DNA of 63,039 nt, counting the filler, from Octopus bimaculoides (Eukaryota): the NCBI RefSeq assembly GCF_001194135.2. It is 5 parts of 5 records of this genome, joined end to end, with 100 filler letters (N's around TTAATTAATTAA, not from the genome) between each part and the next. Parts side by side here need not be neighbours in the genome. Positions count along the whole stretch, not along the records: positions 1 to 18,984 come from NC_068983.1; positions 19,085 to 31,309 come from NC_068982.1; 3 more parts are not named here. The stretch is one strand, 5' to 3'. The notes beneath the pieces were generated by a model. It did not search any database, was not told where the DNA came from, and was given only the letters and a program-made list of their open reading frames with translations. Position numbers and translations under genes: made by a program. The stretch's first letter is position 1, and each line of letters starts with the position of its first letter. Shown here piece after piece: positions 12,940 through 23,330 of the stretch.

Positions 12940-13095
12940 AAACGGGGCTCACATGCTCGTTCCATGCCGATTACACTTGCCATCCTCGTGCAACGTGTGA
13001 AGATTTGCCTGATGGCTCCTTTAGGTGCGTATGTCCTAAGGACTCTCTTGGCGGTGATGGATTCAAAGGTGAAAACCATACTGGATGTATATTTG
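12940..13095 (+). CDS. EGF-like exon A2: KTGLTCSFHADYTCHPRATCEDLPDGSFRCVCPKDSLGGDGFKGENHTGCIF
   Basis: TTTTTCAG acceptor, G|GTAAGT donor, 156 nt. Paralogue of A1 (30/52 aa identical). Confidence 0.92.
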
Positions 13096-13572
13096 GTAAG
13101 TAGCCAAAATACAATTCGTAGATTTGAAATGATCAAGTGAATAAATTCTGTTATCAACTCAGTGGTGTTAAGATCATATCCACTGCTGGTTATTTAACAG
13201 GTCTTTAAATGTATATTACCTCAGTTCACCTAAGAGTGTAGGTTTCACAGCCTTCGAGAATGTTGCGAGTGAGAAAGTAATGATCTTTATAGTAACCGCC
13301 ACTGGGACTCTTGACTTGAATTATGCTAGGTCTGATGTGAAATCCTTTGAATAATTCTTTTACCCCATACGACCTGATCAGCGATCACAAGATGTGTCAC
13401 AGTTGCTGCTCTTTCAAATTAAGTTCCCAACTGGTCATTTATCAGCGACCCTAGCGTAAGGCAAGAAAGGGACAGGTCGAGTGATTAAATGAGTGTAAGG
13501 GACTTAAAGAAATGGAGATATTATTATGTCTACTGTAATGTTTTGGGGGAATTATAAAAGTACGGGAGAGTG

Positions 13573-13627
<55 letters not shown>

Positions 13628-13637
13628 NNNNNNNNNN

Positions 13638-13697
13638 GATGGGCGGAAAGAGACGGAGATGGGCGGAAAGAGACGGAGATGGGCGGAAAGAGACGGA
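13638..13697 (+). repeat. 20-bp tandem repeat, 3 copies (GATGGGCGGAAAGAGACGGA)
   Basis: Three exact copies adjacent to a gap. Confidence 0.9.
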
Positions 13698-14996
13698 GGT
13701 GGATTATGAAAGTGGAGAAAACGATCAAGTGGGTATTGGCATTCAGTTTCAGATTTAAGAAAATGGAGAGAAAATGAATGTCGTTGAAATATCAGTGAAA
13801 TACGTCAATAGAAAACACAATATGACGATCGTTCGGTGTTTGAAGTTTAAATACACTTTTATGGAATACATTTTTTTCATATTCACTTATTAAACTGTCA
13901 TTTCTAACTTTAACATTTCTAATTATATTTTCATAATAAATTTAATTACATTTTTGGCCGTGTATTTAATAAAAATTTCTTTAACGTAGCTGTTGAAAGT
14001 AACTACTTCAATGCAGACATCAAATAAGATATCGGTTTATGACCCTCCACAATTAATATTGACTTTCGGGGACTTGGGTGGTTATCCAAGGGGTCTATAA
14101 ATACCTGAAATCAATTTGAGTATTAAGGGTACTGAATTACCACTTCTTGGATAAGAAATATTTAAGATATTTAGTGAAAATATTAAAGAAAATTGATAAA
14201 GAACAATAAAATTTCGGTAATATTTTGTTGATATATTCAGATAATGTGAAATATGTTTGTTGGATTCTAATCAATATTGATATTCGGTTGAAAATCGGTG
14301 GGTTTTAGTATTAAATTACCCACACACTTCCAGATTCAGTTAGCTAATAATTCGGGACTCATTAATGAAAGAAGTTGGAGACACCTTGGTGTTTCGACCT
14401 TATGTGTCTCCTCAATCAAAGCTAACGCCCAACAGATCAATGATTCTAACGCAGGAACAGGCCCTGTTTTACAGAAATCTGCAACCAAATTATTTGTTGC
14501 TGTTTGCTGGTGTCTGCCAAACTAATAACTGCTATCAGCATATTCCCGTTCGAATACTCTTGAACGTATTGAGAAAGAATATATACGTTATTGTTAAAAC
14601 CATGAATATATTGGAAATAATGATCTATGACAGCAGAACACTATTTGATGGTTTTGCTAAAATAAATTAAGGTAAATAACGACACCTGCAAATTTCACTT
14701 CTTAAACGGAAGAGCAAGTAAAAGTGTTTTTACGTGAGCACTTAATCAGTATGAAATAGCAGCCAAATGTCACTTAAATTACACTATACTGACATAAAAT
14801 AAATATGTTGGCTAACATAATCCGGAGTGTGATGTCATTATTTGAGTGTCTCTGATCAAAGTTCTGCTCTGTAGAACTTTTTCCCTAGTCTAACAGATTA
14901 AGCACTCAGCCTCTCCAAGGTTCTGGGATTAACGAACGATAGACGATAACAACATTGTCGACTGGTTTAATTTCAAAATTTTTTGTTACTTTTCAG

Positions 14997-15119
14997 AAAA
15001 TGAAAAAGTTTCGTGTTTGGAAAACAGCACATGTCATAAAGAATTGGGCTTTTGTAGTGAGGCAAAATTTTGTGAGTGTATACAAGGCTACAAGGGAGAT
15101 GGTGTAACGTTGTGTGATG
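14997..15119 (+). CDS. EGF-like exon B2: ENEKVSCLENSTCHKELGFCSEAKFCECIQGYKGDGVTLCD
   Basis: TTTTCAG acceptor, G|GTAAGT donor, 123 nt phase 1-1. Paralogue of B1 (about 21/42 aa identical, one-codon gap). Confidence 0.92.
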
Positions 15120-15193
15120 GTAAGTTAAATTCAATCATCCATTCGATCTGCCAGTATATACATATATATGTGAATATGTGTGCGTGTGCGCGC

Positions 15194-15266
<73 letters not shown>

Positions 15267-15324
15267 CAGGTGAATATGGTACTTAAGTTTAGGCACCAGA
15301 AATAAGTATAGTATTTTGGGGGGG

Positions 15325-16772
15325 GGGCTGTAGTTTCAGCTCAGAGCTGCGGCCATGCTGATGCACCACCGTTTTGCTACACTGTTATTACTGAGAGCCT
15401 CCTCCAATATGTGGTACTTGGTGAAGAATGGAGTTTGATGTAGCTACCATCATTTGTACCTCTTGCCGTGATGTAGGTTCATCTGGGACTCTCGACAGGA
15501 AGAGGTCCAGTTTTGATTTTTAAATGCCTACATCTACTTTGTGCAGGTTCCTCAGGCTCTTTGGAAGAATATTAAAAAGCTGAGGGCCCCTGAAACCCAG
15601 GCTGTTGCAGTAACTGGTCCTGCAGCGCGATGGCGTTGCTGGGAACTTTGGTACTATGCAGTATCGTCCCGTTCTGGCATTGGTGTAGCTTTCAATGCCA
15701 AAATTTGGTACAATTCCTTCCAGATGTATATTACCGCATACCTCTCCCGCCTTCTCTCCAGGGAGTAGAGTCTTAGCTGTTTCAGCCTTTCCCAGTAGCT
15801 GAGTAGTTGCAAAGAGACGATCTTCTTTGTGAATTTTCTCTGGATTGCTTCAAGTTCCACTGTTAATTTCACACTGGTGGGTGACCATAGCTGTGAGCAG
15901 TAAATCCAGGCGGCTGAGAATAAATGTCTTCCAGAGGACCATCATGATTTCCTTATCTCTGGTTCTGAATGTTCTCAGGATCCATCCAGCCAGTCGTCTG
16001 CATTTTGTTGCCATCCTGGCAATGTGCACTTGGAAAGAGGTATCATCACTCATGACTATACCCAGGTCCTTCACTGATTTAGGCTCTGGGATTGAAATTC
16101 CCTGTGGACCAGTGTACTCTGTAAGTTTTATATTCAGTTTTGAACGCTGGTAGCGCAGGGTTTGGAATTTTTCAGCATTAAACTGCATATTATTATCCTC
16201 AGCCCATCTGTAAATTGAGTCCAACTTCTGCTGCAGATGTGCAACATCGCTGGGGTTCTGTATTTTCTGTGAGACTTTCGTATCGTCTGCGTAGCTTGCA
16301 AGGGTAGCTATCCGGGCACTTGAGGGCATATCTGAGAGGGCCACTATAAAAAGCAGTGGTCCCAAGACAGTGCCCTGTAGAACACCGCTTACTATTTGTG
16401 TTTTCATAGAGGTGCCTCCTTTAGCCACTACTGCCTGACTTCTATCTTTCAGAAAGTCATGTAACCACTCTCCAAGCTTTCCAGCTATGCCAAGATCACG
16501 CAGATTGTGGCATATCATACCATGATCCACTTTGCCAAAAGCTTTTGCAAAATCAAGGTATATTACGTCCACATTTGAGTTGTTGAGTAACTGCCTCAAC
16601 ACCCAGTCATAATGTTGTAAGAGCTGGGTCAAGCAGCTCCTACCTGGTCGAAAGCCATGCTGGGTATCACTCAGCAAGTTATTTTCTTCAAGGAATGCGA
16701 TTAGTTTTCCTCTGACTATCCGTTCCATGACTTTGCTGATGTGTGAAGTCATAGAGATAGACCTATTCTGTA
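15325..16772 (-). mobile_element. 5'-truncated CR1-type LINE (RT domain to 3' end) inserted in intron B2-C2
   Basis: ORF 15850-16752 has QHGFRPGRSC, YLDFAKAF, SGVLQGTVLGPLLF, YADD and KDLG. The frameshifted continuation (15654-15872) has LEAIQRKFTK...LYSLERRRER. The 3' tail is near 15330-15375. Confidence 0.93.
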
Positions 16773-17513
16773 AGGTCTGTAATGCCTATTCTGTAGGCTA
16801 GTCTGTAAGGTCTGGCTCTGTCAAAATGGTTTTGGATTTAAGTGACAAAAGCTTTTACAACTCTTTTGCCAATTTCTAAGTCGCCATATTAGGTTCCAGT
16901 GACAAGCGCGGTACTATTTTGACAAGAAGTTTTACGACAGAGTATCTATTTACTAAAATAGATGCCTTTCCCACGGCTTTGTCAAAAACTAACTGGCGCC
17001 TCCTCTACCTTTAGGAATTCCATTTTACCTTTAGATGGAATCCCGAATGGTACTACCGTTCCATGTCAGAACTGACCTGAGAGTAATGGCAATTAAGGGG
17101 TGACTCCACACTCCCCTCAACACCTGAACCCCTGTATTGGAGCTTCATAACTGGATGCAGTTGAGTCTCTCATTGGATAACTAAATATACATACACACTT
17201 CCATATGTGCATACTTGCATACAGGTACACAAGTATACATGCATACATACACGCATACATGCTACATATATGTACATGCATTCATACATACACACAGTTA
17301 TTGAAATCTGTGTTCCCAGGCTTATATTAATGTGCAATTCTACACACGAGTAGCTACATACATGTATTATTTTTATGGTCCTATATGAATAGGTATACGC
17401 TGGTCTTTGTCTATATATATGTATGTGTGTGATTATAGGTGTATATGGTTCTATATATAATAAATGATATATAACATAATTGTCAACAATCGTTGTATTT
17501 TTCTTTCCATAAG

Positions 17514-17639
17514 ATATTAATGAATGTCTATCGGAGGCCACGAATTTGTGTGACGTCAATGCTAAATGTATAAACATCCCTAGTTCCTACAACTGTTCTT
17601 GTAACGAAGGTTACAGGGGCAATGGTTTCATCTGCAATA
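17514..17639 (+). CDS. Calcium-binding EGF exon C2: DINECLSEATNLCDVNAKCINIPSSYNCSCNEGYRGNGFICN
   Basis: TTTCCATAAG acceptor, A|GTAAGT donor, 126 nt. Paralogue of C1 (30/42 aa identical). Confidence 0.93.
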
Positions 17640-17904
17640 GTAAGTTGCCTTCTTTCTCTTTATACAATTTATCAACCTTCATTGTATTGTGTCTGTTGTG
17701 TATTTGGCGCGTTGGCACATCGGAAAAAAATGCTTCTTAATTGCTGAGTTCAAATACTGCTGGGGTTCACTTTGCCTTTTATTCTTCCGGGATCGATAAA
17801 GTAAAGTTCCGGTTGAACACGATTAAACCCTCCCCTTTAACACTGCTGGCCGTGTACCAATATTTCAAACAATATATACTGTATAAATATCAGTTTTACA
17901 TACG

Positions 17905-18320
17905 GCAGCGAGATGGCGGAATCGTTAGTATGCCGGGAGAAACGCTTCGCAATATTTCGCCTGTCACTATATACTGAGTTCAAATTCCGCCGAGGTTGAA
18001 TTTTCGTTTTAATCCTTTCAGAGTCGATAAATTAAGTACCAGTTGCGTACTGGCGTCGATGTAATCAACTTAACACCTTCCCATAAATTTCACACCTTGT
18101 GCCTGTAGTAGTAAGGATTAATATTAGTTTCACATCTTGACACAAAGCTAGAAATTTCGAGGGAGGGTGGTGATTACATCAACCCCGGTAACTGGTACTT
18201 ATTTCATCGACCGACCCCGAAGGGATGAAAAAGCAAAGTCGACCTTGCCGGGATTTGAACTCGGAACATAAAGACAAATGAAATATCGCTAAGCAATTTC
18301 TCTGTTGTGCTAACAATTCT
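17905..18320. mobile_element. Two SINE family 2 copies tail-to-tail (+ 17905-18115, - 18130-18320)
   Basis: Consensus body on + followed by its reverse complement. Confidence 0.8.
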
Positions 18321-18609
18321 GACAGTTTTATCTGTTATATTATTATGGTAGCTTTTCCGGACGAATGGTTAAGACGTTTACTTTGCCCTCACGAGATCCC
18401 GGGTTTGATCCCACCGTGTGACATCCTAGACAAACATAATTTTTTGTAGGCTAAGATCGATGCAACCCTTATGTGTGATACTGGACAACGGAAACTCTTT
18501 GTAAGCCCACCAGGTTAATTGAACCCGTAAATCAAAGTTACGGCCTTGTCACACATTGTGTTGCGCTGATTCTGCTTGAGCATTACTCATGTCGGTAGAA
18601 TAATCATTA

Positions 18610-18830
18610 ATTCGTTCGGTTCTCGCTGTTCCTTGTGGAACTTGAGGCAACAGTAAGACCATTCCAACTTCTAACACTGAAAGCGTCCTTGAGAGCATTG
18701 TCTTCTTTTAACTGGTTCCACAAGGTAAGAAGACGTGGCCAACCAAAGGAAACGTGGTGGTGAACAATAACAAAAGATCTTCAGAGCAGAGGGTTAACAG
18801 TGGAACAAGCTATGAAGGCAGCCACTTAAA
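18610..18830. mobile_element. RTE-type LINE 3' remnant in two oppositely oriented pieces
   Basis: + strand 18675-18830 gives frameshifted W.PQGKRRGQPKETW*TITKDLQSRGLTVEQAMKAA. The continuation RSWNGLTVASSSTRNSEN is on the - strand at 18672-18615. Confidence 0.6.
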
Positions 18831-19084
18831 TGCTAATTCAGTTCATTGAACACCTGAATCTTCATCACCGAAACTGAAGATTAACATTGGTTCATGGCCG
18901 AAGACGTTGTTGTTCCTATGTTGGTGGTTGACACGTCAAACAAAATGCTTGACGGGATTTCGTTATATATATATATATATATATNNNNNNNNNNNNNNNN
19001 NNNNNNNNNNNNNNNNNNNNNNNNNNNNTTAATTAATTAANNNNNNNNNNNNNNNNNNNNNNNNNNNNNNNNNNNNNNNNNNNN

Positions 19085-19132
<48 letters not shown>

Positions 19133-20201
19133 GGATGTAGGCCTTTGACATAAGTCAAAATATTTCACGATGCAATAGACCGAGTGAACCACATAAATCT
19201 AGATGAGAAATGAATATTGAATCTATGTTATATCTCTGTGCCTGTATATAGAGTTTCCGGAACATGAGTCAAGTCGCATTTAAGTGCGGAGTACAAAGAA
19301 AAGTAGTATGATCTTCATGTTCCTTAACAAACAACCGAACGAGAAAAATACGAATGAACCTTTATTTCCTGTGTAAGTCAGTGACTATAGCGACTAAAAT
19401 ATCGGGTCTACCACTCATATTAAATACCATTGTTTTACACGAACTTCCAAAGTTATGTCTCACTAAATTTGAGCCATCACGACAATAAAAAATATGATGT
19501 ATTGCCATCATACACAAATAAAATGCTAAACAAGGAAAGCGTATTTACGTACTAATTAGACATGCGCGAGCTTACACGCGCACACACACGTACGCGGACT
19601 CACGCACACACACATAGATGCATACACATATACGCACACGCACGCATATGTGTGCCTATGTATAAACACACATATGCATGAACATGTGTCTGCGCGTATG
19701 CGCGCGCACGCATATTTATATGCGTATTATTTTTAAAGAGAGTGAGAGAATGACACATATTCACACCTTCTTACGTAGATATGTGCATTTGTGAGTGCGT
19801 GCTAGCATGCAAATATGCGCTTTGATCGTTGACATAAAATGTTACAGTACAACATAAACATAGAGATCTACAGAAGACCACTCCCATGTAAAGAGTGGCG
19901 TATGTCATTTTTGCGTTTTGGTGTAAAAGGAAAATTAATTTTCGTCTATACACTGTTAACAACAAACACTACAATATTTCTTAAAAACATCTCAGTCACT
20001 TAACATCATTTTCTCCATACACGGTACGTTGCAGTTTGTCACCGCCCATTGTCTTTGTCAGCCCAAGTTCAGCATTAGATCAGTGCTCTGCAATCGATAT
20101 GCCGCGCATACTGGTGTGCACGAGACGATGCTAGGTGTGCTGCAGTGTAACCTGAATATAATTTTTTCTTTCCTTATACTTTTAGTTATATTTTAGTTCA
20201 G

Positions 20202-20329
20202 ATGTGCCGCCGAATTTTGAAAAGTCTATAAGTGTACCGCAAGTGAAAAAAGGGATGCGGATCACTGGCTTATATCATTACAGTTCCTGCTATGTCTTTC
20301 CTCTTAATCTCTGTTTAACTATTATCTAG
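20202..20329 (+). CDS. Candidate terminal exon of the EGF gene with a hydrophobic C-terminus (possible GPI signal)
   Basis: TTTTAGTTCAG acceptor. Phase-1 reading gives NVPPNFEKSISVPQVKKGMRITGLYHYSSCYVFPLNLCLTII*. No homology support. Confidence 0.3.
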
Positions 20330-22371
20330 TTATGGCGTTGGGGCCATCATGGAAATCCACGTTATTGTGCTGATAATACGGAGGAACCTTACTGACATCA
20401 TTCAGTCCGTTAGAAACAACAACTAAATATCTCTCTAATCGCAACACTTCATTTTAACGTGGATAATGTAGTTCTTGATACCGAATTTCTGAAATCAAAC
20501 GTAGTTTTCTCACGTTACTCTGAGAAAAAGAAATTAAGATAAACTTAGCAATATGTTTGAAAGAAAACTTTTTATAAACCACTGTTTATGCTTTAGGATC
20601 AATATTCTTTCAGCATTTCGTCCTTTAGAAGCATATATAATCTTTAGTCTATTTTATTTATTTCCCTAATTCTTACTAAAAAAGAAATATTTTTATTATT
20701 TTTATTGTTGTCTCTAATTACGCATTTCATTTCAGTCATTTTTTTTCTTTTCTTTTTTTTTTAGCTTTGAGTTATAAAGCAATAGAAGGAGTTTTAAAGC
20801 CAAATAAATGCAGATAAAATTATGATATTCCAGGTCAGAAGTGAGTTCTCATAAAAGCCTAATCGGAAAGAAAACCTATAACTTATATAATTTATTTGGA
20901 TATTTACTTACTTTGCTCAATTTGTCCATTGTGTAAATATTTTAATAGGAATTGTTTTTCGTATTTTGGTATCATTTAAAGACTATATTTAGAATTGTGC
21001 TCCTCTGCATCAATTATTTACCAGCTAAGTATGTAAAATCACTGAGAAATCTTGAATATAACTAATGTGCCATTATCTAATATCTGTAATAAAACTTGTT
21101 TCTTAATCCCATTTGACCTCACTGCGAAAGACAGAGCGTGTTTCAAACTAAGCGAAATAACTTATTGCTATGGTCTCCATTAGAAGCTATATTTTCTGAA
21201 AGAATTCAACTTTTATTACAGTTCTTATGCTGCTTTATGAAATTATATAAGTGCCCCATTACTATTTTATGTGAAATTAAATAATTTAATCAATAGTCTA
21301 TATTTTTTATAAGATTCAAGAAATTAAATGTCAAATATTGTCTCAAAATAAAATCTTTTTCGCCTCTTTCTCTATATTTTTTTTCTTGCCAAACTTTTCG
21401 AAACACAGCAAAATTAATTCACTTAATATGTTCTGAGCTCAATTCCTGCAGAAGCCAACATTACTGTTCCTTTTTCTGGGATTGATAAAATAGTATAACA
21501 CTACTTAATTTTGTATCCTAATATTCCCAACAGAATCAAGTTGAGAAAATACAAGAACAGCAAAGAATAGCGGAAATTTATTCCATACTTCGATGTTCAA
21601 TAATAACATTGATTTCTAACCTTGGCACATGAGTATATGGCTTGAAGAGGGTGTAGGTGATTAGACCGATCTAAAAACTTGACTGGTACTTTACTTTATC
21701 GACCCTAAAAGGATAAAAGCAAAACGAATCTCTGCAGGTTTTAAACTCAAATCGTAAAAAGACTTAACTAGATAACGCCAGGTATTGCGTCCAATATTCT
21801 AACAACAATGTTTAAGAATAATATTGAGCAAATTGAAATGGTTTATAATAACGGAACAAATATTTAAAGGATACATTTATATGCTAAGTAGCTAATCTTA
21901 ACATTGTGGTGTCTAGAAGCAATATGTTCCCAATGAAAATAACATTGGTAAAGATAACTCAGATACGCTATCCATGTGATAAGTAATTTCTATGTTAGTG
22001 TTATCGCATTTAATTTAGAAAGAATTAAAAGCTAAGAATAAATAGCATTAAGGAAAAAATGATATAACTCAATGACTAGTATTACTTTAATTATTCCAGT
22101 GAGTACGAATACCTATTGCCAGGCCCCAAACAACCATAATGGTGAAACGCGCGTAGGAACTATAATATAAACTTATGTTTATTTGCTTCTTCTACATTTG
22201 CACTGAAGCTCATAACTAGTAATACTACCAAATATAGAAGTTACTTAATTATACAGGAAGCAGAGTGGTTTGTGATAATATAAGTGGAGCTCTGAGCAAA
22301 ACAGTAACAGTTGCACGTTATACGCATATGTGTGTATATATACGTATATACGTATGTGTGTACGTATTTGC

Positions 22372-22406
<35 letters not shown>

Positions 22407-22737
22407 AGTGTATAAAAGTTTACATCTTTCAGTTTTATGCTATTTAATGCATATTGGTCATTGGATATGATAATATATAAGGCTAAATGATTTCAAGCAA
22501 TTTGAAAAAGTCAAGAGAAAAATTTTAAGCAGAAATATTTCGTTGAACTCAAGTTTTGCTTAATATTGCATAAAACATTAGATATATGTGCGTTTTCAAT
22601 TATTCATTCTCGATGTTACTGTTAAAGGTTCAACACATGATCTCAGATCAAGTCATTTGTCAAGTACATCTGCGAATAGCTGTAGTAGCGCGTGAAGTTT
22701 AATCAATTTTATTATTTCTTGCATTAAAAGTGATAGA

Positions 22738-22810
22738 GGTCTTGTGGCGCAATGGATAACGTGCCTGACTACAGATCAGAAAATTCCCGGTTCCAATCCT
22801 GGCAAACTCG
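22738..22810 (+). pseudogene. tRNA-Arg(ACG)-derived pseudogene, anticodon now ACA
   Basis: 73 nt collinear with the metazoan tRNA-Arg-ACG sequence (TGGCGCAATGGATAAC, CTGACTAC.GATCAGA). Anticodon at 22771-22773 is ACA, T-loop reads GTTCCA, two acceptor-stem mismatches, followed by T6. Confidence 0.85.
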
Positions 22811-22864
22811 AATTTTTTCTCCCCCTTTCTTTCTTTTCGCGTGTGGTTTAGAAGTTATACTCAT

Positions 22865-23330
22865 GTATGGTTAATAAGCTTGCTTTGCAACCACGTAGTT
22901 CTGGGTTCAGTCCTACTGCGCAGCACTTTTAGCAAGTATCTTTTACAATAAGACTAAGGCTATGTAAATGAACTTGGTTGACAGAAACCGTGTGGAAGTC
23001 CGTCGTATGTGTGTCTTTGTGCTAGTCCCCCACCACCATTTAACAACCGGTGTTCATTTGTGTACGTCCCCGCAAAAGGGATTGTGTACGTTGGCAAAAG
23101 GGACTGATTGAATATGTATCAAACTCGACCCTTCAAGGCGGTGCTTTAGCCTGGCCGCAGTCTAATGACAGAAACAAGTTAAAAGATAAAAGCTAAAAGG
23201 CGGTGAACTGGCAGGGTCATTTAAGCTTCGGAAAATGCTTGCAGTATTTGTTCCGGCTCATTACGCTATGAGTCCCACTTCTACTGGTGTCAACTTTGCC
23301 ACCCATCCTCCCGGGGTCGATAAAATAAAG
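22865..23330 (+). mobile_element. SINE family 1 immediately followed by SINE family 2
   Basis: The family-1 tail (about 23150-23192) abuts the family-2 head GGCGGTGAACTGGCAG. Confidence 0.8.

Larger units (their letters stand above)
6500..17800 (+). repeat. Tandem segmental duplication of the A-B-C EGF module with its introns (about 6500-11960 vs about 11960-17800)
   Basis: Alignable intron blocks: 6790-7570 vs 12070-12830; 8911-9690 vs 13096-13830; 11420-11656 vs 17300-17513; 11783-11900 vs 17640-17730. Confidence 0.9.

Noticed and set aside
15845-16153. 102-aa + strand ORF
   Set aside because: Antisense shadow of the LINE RT frame.
19029-19040. TTAATTAATTAA islands inside N gaps (also 31354, 56661, 60756)
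   Set aside because: Identical palindromic six-frame-stop spacer between Ns; an assembly artefact, not biology.
22120-22160. ACCA-TAA-TGGT-GAAACGCGCGTA, a hammerhead-like 3' half
   Set aside because: No CUGANGA box and no stem I.
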